DNA from: the human T2T-CHM13v2.0 reference genome, Homo sapiens
NCBI RefSeq assembly: GCF_009914755.1
Contig: NC_060944.1
DNA: 64,000 nucleotides
Direction: 5' to 3' (one strand)
Positions 1 to 16,145 of this stretch are shown piece by piece (positions within the stretch are counted from its first letter, which is position 1; every line of letters begins with the position of its first letter). A program made the position numbers and the translations under genes. A model generated the notes under the pieces. It had not been told where the DNA came from. It did no database searches and saw only the letters and a list, made by a program, of their open reading frames with translations.

Positions 1-842
1 GAAAGGGAGCGAAAAGGGGGAGGGGAGACTGGGTGAGTCGTACTCCCTTCCCCACGGCCCACCCCGACAAGCTAAGAAAAGCTCTGGGGGGAGAAAAGCT
101 GCTAAGATGCACAGTTGCCCTCCCCTCTGTGGGAGGCCCTTCCTTCCCCAGAGCCAGCTGCCCCAGGCAGATTAGCATTGGGCTCCGGAAAAGCAGGCCC
201 ACACCAGCCCATGGGAGGCCGCCGGCTGAGTCAGCTCCTCTACCTGGCAGGAAATCATTCATAAAAATGACACCTGCCCAGAGCCCAGCGCCCAGCCTCA
301 CCAGCCAGAGTCTCCAGCCACACAGCCACACTGCCTCCTGCCGCCTCCCTCCCACCTCCTCCCAGCCACTGTACAGGGCAGACCTCTTTCTCTTTCTCTT
401 TCTCCTGGGAAGAAGAATAATGAGACTGATGTGAAATAAGGCCAGCTCGGCCTTCGTCAATCAGTATTTACGGGTCGCCTGCCCTGGGGACAATAGTAGA
501 GTCAAGAAGAGCAACCACTTCACTCAATGATGAACAAACATCTGCGACACAGCTTCCAGAGGTTCTCACTGTCCCAGCCACGTGCGTGGCGGACACTCTT
601 TACGTTCAGTTTCTGTGTGGATGACCAGAGGCTCCTTAGACACACAGCTAGACACAGATAACTGGGCCAATCCTCCCACAAAGGGGGTCCGTAGAGCAGT
701 GGTGACTTACACAGGTCACACGTGAGGTCAAACTTTAAGTCCATGTCAGGCCGGTCGCGGTGGCTCATGCCTGTAATCCCAGCACTTTGGGAGGCCGAGG
801 CAGGCGGATCATGAGGTCAGGAGATCGAGACCACCCTGGCTA

Positions 843-1028
<186 letters not shown>

Positions 1029-1084
1029 TCAAAACAAAAACAAAAAACAAAAAAAAACTTTAAGTCCATGTCCCTAAAATGTAG

Positions 1085-1345
<261 letters not shown>

Positions 1346-1775
1346 TGAAGATGTTACATCCTAATCACAGCCCTGCATGTCTGGGCCTGCGATCTCGGCC
1401 CTCATATCGCTCCCCCTTGATCTCCTTCACAAGCCGCCCTGGCCTTGTCGTTTCTCAAACTCACAAAACATGCTGTCACCTCAGGGCCTTTGCACGTGCC
1501 TTCCCTTCTGTCTTCCATCATTACATGTCAGGCTCCTCTGCATCCTGCAGGACTAGGTCACCTGTCAGCTTCTCAGAGACCTTCCCTGACCACTTTAAGA
1601 ATCTGCCTCCCCCTGGCCGGGTGCGGTGGCTCATGCCTGTAATCCCAGTACTTTGGGAGGCCAAGGTGGGTGGATCACGAGGTCAGGAGTTCGAGGCCAG
1701 CCTGGCCAATTGGGTGAAACCTCGTCTCAAAATTAGCCAGGCGTGGTGGCACGCACCTGTAGTCCCCACTACTCA

Positions 1776-1874
<99 letters not shown>

Positions 1875-1906
1875 TCATCTCAAAAGAAAAAAGAATCCGC
1901 CTCCCA

Positions 1907-1907
1907 C

Positions 1908-1957
<50 letters not shown>
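1907..1957. repeat. (CA)n microsatellite
   Basis: Long pure AC run. Confidence 0.95.
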
Positions 1958-1958
<1 letters not shown>

Positions 1959-3171
1959 TATTCCCTATCCCTGCATGAAGACAGCTCCCATCCTAACTCA
2001 CAGAACAAGTTCATTATGGACTTCTTTACCCAGCTACTGTCTGTCTCCCCAGGCAGAGTCAACCCACAAGGTTGATTTTGCTCACCCTGGTGTTCCCAAG
2101 GCCTGGTACAAAGTAGATCCTCAGAAAATATTTGTTAAATGAATAATTAAATGACTTCTCACTGTAAGCAATTGGCACCACTTAGGCTAGCACTCAAGCA
2201 CCTTCTATCCTCTTGACCATACCACAAAGTTAACCAGTTACACGATCAGAACACCTCTTCTTCATTTGTTCCTTCTTATGATGTTCAGTAGAGAGAGGCT
2301 CAGAAGAGCACTGCAGGGTGAGGCTGGAGCTAGGAGTTTGGAACACAGGTGCAGGGCTGTTCCACCCACCACACAGGTGAACTCCCAGAGGGCAGGGGCC
2401 TGTTGATGGTGGATGGGAACATTCAGTAAAACATTCCATAAACTGTTGCCTTTTTTTTTTTTCTGAGACAGAGTCTTACTCTGTCGCCCAAGCTGGAGTG
2501 CCGTGGCGTGATCTCAGCTCACTACACCCTCTGCCTCCCAGGTTCCAGTGATTCTCCTGCCTCAGCCTCCCAAGCTCCCAAGTAGCTGGGATTACAGGCA
2601 CACACCACCACGCCTGGCTAATTTTTGTATTTTTAGTAGAGATGGTGTTTTGCCAAGTTGGCCAGGCTGGTCTCAAACTCCTGACCTCAAGTGATCTGCC
2701 CGCTCGGCCTCCCAAAGTGCTGGGATTAGAGGCGTGAGCCACCGCGCCCGGCCTTGCCATCATTTTTGTTCTCCTCTGTGAAGAGGACAGCCAAGAGTGT
2801 CAGAGGTCCTCAAACACTTGCTGCTTCATAAGGAGGGTCTCCCCCTTCTTACCAATCTCTAATCAGCATTTACAAAGCAGCCACCAGGACCCAGACCTCC
2901 ATTAGAAGCCCAGGCAAATATAACCAAAGTGTATGATCTAGGGTTCTCAACACGTACGTGCACATCAGAGTCACCCAGGGAGCCTGTTAAAAGCACAGAT
3001 GGGCACAGTGGCTCACGCCTGTAATCCCAGCACGTTGGGAGGCCAAGGTGGGCGGATCACGAGGTCAGGAGATCGAGACCATCCTGGCTAACAGGGTGAA
3101 ACCCCATCTCTACTAAAAATACAAAAACTTAGCCAGGCGTGGTGGCACACGCCTGTAGTCCCAGCTACTCA

Positions 3172-3318
<147 letters not shown>

Positions 3319-3792
3319 TCACTACCCATTCCATCCTATTTTGATTTCACAGGTCCAGGCTGGGGCAAGGAGAGCTCCCAGGGGATTGTGATGTGCACCA
3401 AACACTGAGAACCCCTGGCCATGCAGGGGAACTCCCTGAGGAGCTTCTGCAAACAAGGATGCCAGGCCCCTCTGCTATCAGAGATCCTCATCTTAAAGAG
3501 CCTGGGCTGGAGACCTAACAGTGAAATTTTTCAAGCATTCCTCAAATGCTGTTGTGCAGCCAGGGTGGGGGGTGGGGGGGATCACTTGAGGTCGGGAGTT
3601 CAAGACCAGCCTGGTCAACATGCTGAGACCCTGTCTCTACTAAAAATACAAAAATTAGCCGGGTGTGGTGGCAAGCACCCATAGTCCCAGCTACTCAGGA
3701 GGCTGAGGCAGGAGGATTGCTTGAACCCAGGAAGTGGAGGTTGCAACGAGCCGAGATCGTACCACTGCACTCCAGCCTGGGCAAGAAAATGA

Positions 3793-4374
<582 letters not shown>

Positions 4375-6173
4375 TCAGCTCATTTCAGGCAAAATCATCG
4401 AGCATATTTTAGGATCAGCAAAAACCCACAATGCCTTTGGCCGAGCACTTTCCCTCTTCTTGTTGAAGCCCAGGGGTATTTTCTAGGAAATTGAGTCCAT
4501 CTGTTTCTGATTCATTCGTACTTAACTCATCACCGGGCTGTTTTGTAAGAGCCCTTTGATGTGAAAGCCGCCTTATTCCATAAGCCTCTCTAAGCCTTTA
4601 TTTAGTCAACAGTAGGTAAACGGGCCTCTCCAAAGAGGCCAGAGGCAGCATATTGATCTCCTGCTACACAAAGTCCATGTGAAGGGAAAGTGTGGCCCAA
4701 ACGCCTGCCTGGAGACACTGAGACTCCCCGTCTTTGGGCCTAGCAGGGCAAAGCAGACCACTCCCTAGCCCTGACCCAGCGCTGTGGGGCTCAGCCACGC
4801 AGAGGGACCTCCTCTGGCGACTCACTAACTCTCCTCCCCAGGCACTGTAACCCAGCGTCCTCCTCCATAACTCACAGCCTTGCTACATAGATTTACGATT
4901 TCCTGTATGTTGCCTAAGAGTTCCTTTTTTTTGGTGGGGGACGGGGTCTTGTTCTGTCACCCAGGTTGGAGTGCAGTGGTGTGATCATGACTCACTGCAG
5001 CCTTGACCTCCCAGGCTCAAGCAATCCTCCCTTCAGCCTCCCACATAGCTGGGACCACAGGTGTGTGCCGCCACACCTGGCTAATTTTTGTACTTTTTGT
5101 TGAGACAGGGTCTCACTATGTTGCCCGGACTGGTCTTGAACTCCTGGGCTCAAGTGATCTGCCCAATTCAGTCTCCCAAAGTACTGGGGTTATAGGTGTG
5201 AGCCACCGTGCCCAGCCCCAAGTGGTTTTTTTTTGTTTTGTTTTGTTTTTTGAGATGGGGTTCAAGCGATCCTCCTGCCTCAGCCTCCCAAATAGCTGGA
5301 CCTACAGGTGCCTGCCACCACGCCCAGCTAATTTTTGTATTATTAGTAGAGACAGGGTTTCATTGTGTTGGTCAGGCTGGTCTCGAACTCCTGACCTCAG
5401 GTGATCCACCCGCCTTGACCTCCCAAAGTGCGGGGGTTACAGGTGTGAGCCACGGTGCCCAGCCAATAGAATTTTTTTTTTAAAGAGAACCATTGGTCTA
5501 GCCATTCATTTAGTCTTGGGTAGAACTTGCAGGGGGATCGGGTAGCTACCTACCACCAATAAATTTGCTTGGTTTATCATTTTCTCCAAAAGTACTCAGT
5601 ACTATGGCTTAGGCTTAGTACTAAGCACCCAATGATGAGTGATAGAGGTGATGATGTACAACTCTGAAGCAGGCACTGCATTCAGTCCTCAGAATCACCT
5701 TCAGAGGATACACTATCTCCATTTTATAGATGAACCTCAAAGGTATGGACAGGTGACACAAGCCTCCAGGTTACGCACTGCTTAGCACCAGGGCTGGTAC
5801 ACAGTGGGCGGCTAACATATTCTCACTGAACTGGTGCATCCATGAATATAAACAATAATAGGTGGATTTAGGTCGAGCATGGTGGCTCACGCCTGTCATC
5901 CCAACACTTCGGGAGGCTGAGGCGGGAGGATCACTTGAACCCGAGTTTGAGACCAGCCGGGACAACAGAGTGAGACTTCATCATTGCAAAAAATTTAAAA
6001 ATTAGCCAGTCATGGTGGTGTGCACCTGTAGTCCTAGCTACTCTGGTGGCTGAGGTGGGAGGAGCTCTTGAGCCCAGGAGTTCGAGGCTGCAGTGAGTTA
6101 TGATTGTGCTGCTGCACTCCAGCCTCAGTGACAGAGTGAGACCCTATCTTTAGAAAATTAATTAATTAATTTA

Positions 6174-6500
<327 letters not shown>

Positions 6501-6503
6501 TTA

Positions 6504-6791
<288 letters not shown>

Positions 6792-6794
6792 TCA

Positions 6795-6797
6795 AAA

Positions 6798-6848
<51 letters not shown>

Positions 6849-6853
6849 AAATA
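6795..6853. repeat. (TAAA)n Alu-tail microsatellite
   Basis: Direct reading. Confidence 0.95.
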
Positions 6854-7216
6854 AACCCAAGTCTCATTCAAAGTCAAACACATTCTACCACATTAGCAAG
6901 AAGTGTTACATGAGGTAATGCACACTGTGGGAGAGAAAGGACTCCCTCCCTTCTTCCTGCCTTCCCTCCCTCCCTCTCATTTGAGTTTATGAAAGCAGTG
7001 ATGCGACCAAAGCTTTTCTGAATCTAACCTACCCTCAAGACATGCAGGGCCTAACTTAGGGAGCAGCGATGAACAGAGATGGTAAGGAACTGGTTTCACA
7101 GGGGCCATGACATGGGGGACCACCTGCTAGAGGAACTGCAAATGACTCAGGCCACGGGCTCAGATCAGCCCAGGGAATCACCGCAGTCTGGACAGCAACA
7201 AGGCATCAAGAAATAA

Positions 7217-7488
<272 letters not shown>

Positions 7489-7575
7489 TGAAGCAATCTG
7501 CCCGCCTTGGCCTCCCAAAGTGCTGGGATTACAGGCGGGAGCCACCACTCCCTGCTTGAAAAAAATGTTTTTTTA

Positions 7576-9713
7576 TTTTTATTTTTTTGAGGGGATTGCA
7601 CAGTTTATTTCCAAACACTCAGAGGATAGGAGGTGGCCTATGGGCTCCATCTGCCTCCCCTCCCTGCATTTGGCTGAATCAAGAACTTCTCCCCCCGACC
7701 CCCAAGACCCTAGGCTGTGCCCAATAGAGAAGGCACTCTCACCCCCCACCCTGAGGAGACCTAGACAGGTGAGGAGCATGGAGGGTGGGGGAACAGAGTT
7801 CAAGTATTCACAGTTCCCCCATCTACACCCCTGGATTACACTGTGCCAGAGCCATGAGGGAGGATCCCACCTCTGGGATTCCTAGTGGTGTTGATAGTCC
7901 TTCTCCCACTTAGAACCCTCCAGATGAACTCCCTACTCCTTTTCCCTGAAATAACAAACCAAGTCCTAAGCCCTGTAGTCTGGGCAAGGAGGGGCCTTAG
8001 CAGGCCACTCACCCAAGGCCCCCAGGGATGGGGGTGAGAGCCTTCACCTGTAGTGAATGGGTTGGGAGCAAGTGTCTATAAGGAGAGAGGAAGGGAGAGA
8101 ACTGAGAGGACCCTGGGAGGCAGGCTTGGAGGCTTCTGACACATGAGTTCAGACAGCTCTGGTCTGCGACTCCACCCCACCCCACACCCCAAGCCCAGAA
8201 TCCCTGAGAGTCCAACTGCAAAGGCAGTATGGCCGGAGGGAGGAATGGGAGCAGGGGTAGAGTTGAGCAGGACCTTGGCCCCCCTCTCCTAGTAGGTCCT
8301 GCTCCTGGGACACATGCTTAGGGACGGCCAGGACCAGGCTCAGGTCCTAGTCCCATCTCTTAGGGTGCTGATCTTCCAGAATAGCTGAATCCTGGGGAAC
8401 ATAGACACACCAATCCCCACACCCCAGACGTCCTGGCCTCAGGTAGAATGGTGGGAATGGGCTCTCACAAGGGTATTATAAAAAGCTAAAACCATTAAAC
8501 ACTTTCTGGGGAGAAGTGGCTCCCAGTCTCTTGCCTCCCCAAGTTATCAGTCTCCCCAGCGCCTAGCAGACAGGGCTAAGGAGGTCCCAGAGAGCTGAGG
8601 GAGGAGACGGCCACAGCCCCTGGGCCCAGAGAGAGGGCCCACTAGCACCATGGAATGTTGAGGTGCCTCTGCAGCCTGACTGGCCCCCACACAGGGGCCC
8701 TCCGAAGCTGGAGTGCACACTTGCTAAAGCTTCTGTACTCTTGAGGGGGGACCCCTGCAAGGGAGCAGAGAAGGCAAAGACTTCGCTTAAGTCCAGGCAG
8801 GGGTCTGAACTGGGACCCCAAAGGGCACCCTTGGGAGTCATGATTTGAAGAATCTTCGTACCACAAACTGGCCCAACAGAACCACACCCAGAACCACCAG
8901 CACGTTCAGGATGGGACCATTGCCCAAGTTCAGGGCTGCCACCCAGCCACCCCTCTGTGCAATCCACCGGGCAATGCAGTGATGCAGCATGAAGTCCACC
9001 ACAAAGCGGGTCACCTGGCCCAGGAAGCCAGTCAGGCCACGCTGGTAGATGTGTAGGGCCAGACGGTAGCTGAAGCCCAGAAGAGCCACCACACGGCCCC
9101 AATTGATGCCACTCTCAAACAGGCTGGAGGCAATCTTGGTGAAGTACTCATAGGCATTCTCTGCCGTGGGCTGCAGGTGCTGCAACATGGTCTGGAACTC
9201 TGAGTCATAGCGTCGGTTGATGTCGTCCCCAATGATGGCGAGCTGCCGTCCCACCTGCCCCATGGTGCTGCTAGGTTGCAGAGGTAAGGTGACCATCTCT
9301 GGGTCGGCAGGGGCAGCCGCCCCTTCAGCCTCCTGTTCCTGCTGATGGTGGTAAAAAACGTAGCTGCGGAAAACCTCCTCTGTGTCCTGGGCTACCTGCT
9401 CCTCAGAAGCAGAGGGCAGGGCAGGCTCTCCGCACTCCTGCCTGGGAGGACCTGGGCCTTGCCCCGAAGCCATTTTTCAGGTCTCAGTGGAGGACGGGAT
9501 CAGCCTGCCGGGATCCTGGCCCAACCCGGGTGGCTCAGCAGGGTGGAGATGGAGGTCCCGAGGGGCTGGCGGCTGCTGCTCCCAGGGGCTGAGTGGGAGC
9601 CCAGTTTCCAGGAATGGGCGTCAGTGCATTCCCAGCATCTGGATGTAGCCTTTACTTGTCCCTGTGCAGCCTGAGGGACCCGCGAGACTCCAGTGATCAT
9701 AGAGGTGCCAGCC
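7576..9713 (-). pseudogene. BAK1P1: BAK1 processed retrocopy (BAK1P1 / 'Bak-2'), full-length mRNA copy
   Basis: Intronless BAK1 CDS with about 240 nt of 5' UTR and about 1.25 kb of 3' UTR. AATAAA at 7609-7604, poly(A) remnant at 7576-7588, and a perfect 15-bp TSD AAAAATGTTTTTTTA at 7561-7575 and 9714-9728. Confidence 0.95.
8838..9473 (-). CDS. BAK1P1: Intact 211-aa BAK-like ORF within the retrocopy (translation unproven)
   Basis: Contains BH3 (VGRQLAIIGDDINRR), BH1 (NWGRVVALLGF), BH2 (WIAQRGGW) and the C-terminal TM anchor, with no stop or frameshift. The ORF is certain; its coding function is not. Confidence 0.5.
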   Translation of the reverse strand: MASGQGPGPPRQECGEPALPSASEEQVAQDTEEVFRSYVFYHHQQEQEAEGAAAPADPEMVTLPLQPSSTMGQVGRQLAIIGDDINRRYDSEFQTMLQHLQPTAENAYEYFTKIASSLFESGINWGRVVALLGFSYRLALHIYQRGLTGFLGQVTRFVVDFMLHHCIARWIAQRGGWVAALNLGNGPILNVLVVLGVVLLGQFVVRRFFKS

Positions 9714-10096
9714 AAAAATGTTTTTTTAAATGATGTTCTCAGTATCTACGTTCTTAGCAACTAAGATGATGGATCTTAGTTATAGAACTCATAACTAATA
9801 AAATCCTCTAGGACTACAGTTCATACACCAAAAAATAGAAGCTATAATAATCTTGTATAAAGGAAAGAATCTAAAATAGAAACTATGGACAGTGGCTACC
9901 TCTGGGGAATAGGTTGTTTTTACTTTTCATCTTTTTCAGTTCTATAACATTTGAATTTTTATTAAGTATATTTCATGTATTGTCTCTATAAATAGAGCAC
10001 ATTAATTTATATTAAAATTGAAAATTTTTGAAACTATAAATAAGCAAAAGAAATTAAAAACCTATAATTCTACTGCCCAAAAATAACCACCGATAA

Positions 10097-10458
<362 letters not shown>

Positions 10459-11734
10459 TAGGCATGAGCCACTGCGCCGGCCTGTTTTTTTTTTGTTTTT
10501 TTGTTTTTTGTTTTTTTTTGAGACAGAGTCTTACTCTGTTGCCCAGGCTGGAGTGCAGTGGCGCGACCTTGGCTTACTGCAAACTCCGCCTCCTGGGTTC
10601 AAGCGATTCTCCTGCCTCAGCCTCCTGAGTAGCTGGGATTACAGGTGCCACCACCACGACTGGCTAATTTTTTTTTTTTATTTTTAGTAGAGACAGGGTT
10701 TCACCATCTTGGCCAAGCTGGTCTTGAACTCCTGACTTCGTGATCCACCCGTCTCGGCCTCCCAAAGTGCTGGGATTACAGGCGTGAGCCACCACGCCAA
10801 GGCTTTTTTAATTTCTAATTTTTTATAAAGGCAGGGACTCGCTGTGTTGCCTGGACTTGTCTCCAGCTCCTGGGCTCAAGCAATCCTCCCACCTGCACCT
10901 CCCAAAGTGCTAGGATTACAAGCATGAGCCACTGTGCCCGGCCCTCACCTTACTGTCTTCTAACCTCATTTTTGTGTCTACACATCACGACCATGATCCT
11001 CTTTGTAGCACTCTCTTCAACATTAGTTATTCTCATATTAAAACGGGCCATTTACATTGGTAAACATTTTAAAAACTGTGATGTATCCATGCTTTGGAAT
11101 GCAACACTGGCACAGTGATTCATGCCTGTAATTCCAGAACTTTGGAGGACTGAGGTGGGAGGATTGCTTGAAGCCGGGAGTTCGAGACTAGCCTGAGCAA
11201 CATTGCGAGAATCTGTCTCTACAAAAAATACAAAAAAATTTAGGTGAGCATGGAGACCAGTAAAAGGCAAAACAGTAGGGACAGAAACCAGGCCAGTGGC
11301 TGCCAGGACTGTGCTGACGGGAGGGCTGAGCATGGTGGCACATGCCTGTAACCCCAGCTACTTGGGAGGCCGAAGCAGGAGAATCACCTGAGACCAGGAG
11401 TTCCAGACCAGCCTGGGCGACATGGCAAAATCCCGTCTCTACTAAAAAATACAAAAATTGGCCAGGCATGCACCACAGGGCTTTTAGGCTCAGCCAGGCT
11501 CAGGCGGCTCCATGGTGCTTCCAACAAAAATTGAAAAAAAAAAAAAAAAAAAGAAAAAAAAATTAACCGGCATGGTGGCACACACACTTGTATTTCCAGC
11601 TACTCAGGAGGCTGAGGTGGGAGGATATCTTGAGCCTGGGAGGTGGAGGTTGCGGAGAGCTGCGATAGTGCACTCCACCCTGGGCAACAGAGTGAGACCC
11701 TATCTCAAAAACAAAACAAAAACAAAAACAAAAA

Positions 11735-12838
<1,104 letters not shown>

Positions 12839-13407
12839 TTAGCTGGGCATAGTGGTGCATGCCTGTAATCCCAGCTACCAGGGAGAATTACCTGAGCCCA
12901 GGAGGTCGAGGCTGCGGTGGGTCGTGGTCACACCACTGCACTCCAGCCCGGGCAATAGAATGAGACTCTGTCTCAAAAAAAAAAAATAAAGCAACTTGGA
13001 AAAGATCAAGTATCCTTTAGAAAAATATTTGTTGTTGAGTGTTCTGTCTTTCAGAAAGGCCATTTTCCACTCTGGCAAATGCTCATGTGTCAGGTTGCTG
13101 GTCCCACAAGAGAGCAGTTGACCACTTGGGCTATTTGAGGACTTTCCACAACATCATCAGCTTTTTTATTTTTAAAATATGAGGCTGGAGTGTAGTGGCA
13201 CAGATCATGGCTCACTGCAGCCTCTAACTCCGGCTCAAGCAATCCTCCCACTTCAGCCTCCAGAGCAACTGGGACTACAGTCACATGCCACCACACCTGG
13301 CTAATTTTTAAGTTTTTTGTAGAGACAGGGTTTTGCTATGTTGACCAGGCTGGTCTGGAACTCCTGGCCTCACATGATCCTCCTGCCTTGGCCTCCTAAA
13401 GGGCTGA

Positions 13408-13677
<270 letters not shown>

Positions 13678-14826
13678 TGACCTTGTGATCCACCTGCCTC
13701 GGCCTCCCAAAGTGCTGGGATTACAAGCGTAAGCCACCGTGCCCGGCCCCCAGGTTCTTTTTTTAATGCCACTATAGTAAAAATAAACAATAGTGTCAGA
13801 ACTGAACAGTTATAGGAAACAAGAATGATAGGCCAAAAAGTGAAAAAATGAAAGAAAAAAAAAAAGAACTGAACAATCAACACCCCCTCCCCCCACTTGA
13901 TCTTCCCATCCCAGCCAAGCCAGTCCTCTTCCCTCCAGGGAAAGAATACAGGTATTTCTGGCTCATCTCCTCTTGGGCCAGACTATTACCATCCTAATGA
14001 ACACTATACTCCAAAAGCAAATAAACTGCAATCAAAAGTGAGATTACCAGACAGCAGATTTCTAAACAGAATTGGAAGAACAGTGAATCAATGCAAAGGT
14101 GCAGTGCTAACAGTAAGAAAAATCCTGCCCAAATCCCCCAGCATTGCAGCAAAATCCCCCTTGACAGTCTGCAGAGCCTGATCAATGCCCCTTATTCAAC
14201 AGAGTATATTCGTGACAAAATTCCAATCCAGCAAAGGAACTGTAGTAGTTCTGGAGTTCATAATGGGCTCTGAACTATTGTAAATGGGAGTGAGGATATA
14301 ATCTACTCTTACATAGAAAAAACAACCTGGCCAGGTGCGGTGGCTCACGCCTGTAATCCCAGTACTTTGGGAGGCCCAGGCAGGTGGACCACGAGGTCAG
14401 GAGATTGAGACCATCCTGGCGAACACGGTGAAACTCCACCTCTACTAAAAATACAAAAATTAGCTGGGTGTGGTGTGACGAATGCCTGTAATCCCAGCTA
14501 CTGGGGAGGCTGAGGCAGGAGAATTGCTTGAATCAGGGAGTCAGAGGTTGCAGTGAGCCGAGATCGCGCCACATCAGCCTGGTGACAGAGCAAGACTCCG
14601 TCTCAAAAAAAAAAAAGAAAGAAAGAAAGAAAGAAAAAAAGAAAAAACAACTTGTCAGTTATCTGTGTTCAGGGCTTATCACTCCCTCCCCCAGGGCCTA
14701 GCAAAGCCTTTGCCCATATGAGGCGCTCCAAGAATGTTGGTGGAGTCATGGAGCAGGATAGTCAACTGCTCTGGGAAGAGGGCCCCCTTACACTGTGGAG
14801 CTATCTGTGATCTATGTTAAAACTGA

Positions 14827-15299
<473 letters not shown>

Positions 15300-15659
15300 T
15301 GAATGATGCTGATTGTAGGGGTGATTGAGCTGAAAAGCAAGTCTCCTATCACGAAGCTCATGGGCTGGGCATGGTGGCTCACGCCTGTAATTCTAGCACT
15401 TTGGGAGGCCGAGTCAGGCAGATCGCTTGAGCACAGGAGTTTGAGAACAGCCTGGCCAACATGGCAAAACCCTTCTCTACTAAAAATATGAAAACTAGTT
15501 GGGTGTGGTGGCAGGTGCCTGTAATCCCAGCTACTTAGGTGGCTGAGGCACAGGAATCGCTTGAACCCCGGAGGTGGGGGTTGCAGTGAGCCAAGATGGT
15601 GCCACTGGACTCCAGTCTGGGCAAGAGAGCAAGACTCTGTCTCAAAAACAAGACAAAAC

Positions 15660-15662
<3 letters not shown>

Positions 15663-15702
<40 letters not shown>
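15663..15702. repeat. (CA)n microsatellite in an Alu tail
   Basis: Direct reading. Confidence 0.95.
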
Positions 15703-15703
<1 letters not shown>

Positions 15704-15819
15704 AAAGAAAGAAAGAAACTCAGGGGCTAGTGGGAAAGAGAATCCTGGGAACAAATAATTACGATTTGATAATAAGTAGCTCACTGGTTAGTTAAGCATG
15801 CTCTGTGTGAAGTGATCTA

Positions 15820-16145
15820 CCCCAATAACCTTGTGAGCTGAGAATTATAACCCTGTTACAAACGGGGAAACTAAGGTTCTCAGATGTTAAGGAGTTTGCC
15901 CAAGGTCACACAGTTAATAAGCAGAAAGGCCAGTATTGAAACCCAAGCAGGGCTGGGTGTGGTGGCTCACACCTGTAATCTTGATGCTTTGGGAGGCCCG
16001 AGGCGGGAGAATCACTTGAGTCAAAGAGTTTGAGACCAGCCTGGGCAATACAGTGAGACAGCCCCCCCTCCCCCCACCCCGCTCTCTACAAAGCGAAAAA
16101 AGAAACCCCAGGCAGTCTGACTTCAGAGCTTGCACTCCTAACCCC
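15820..16145 (-). mobile_element. MIR split by an Alu monomer (other MIR-like relics at about 5670-5760, 38640-38850, 55700-55920 and 60405-60570)
   Basis: GGGAAACTAAGG..CAGA..TTAAG....TTGCCCAAGGTCACACAG MIR core. Confidence 0.75.

Noticed and set aside
33-434. 133-aa ORF at the window start
   Set aside because: GTG start, low-complexity Pro/Ser content, no recognisable domain and no exon structure.
8563-9232. Alternative-frame ORFs overlapping the BAK-like CDS and 3' UTR
   Set aside because: Shadow frames of a GC-rich coding copy, with no independent evidence.
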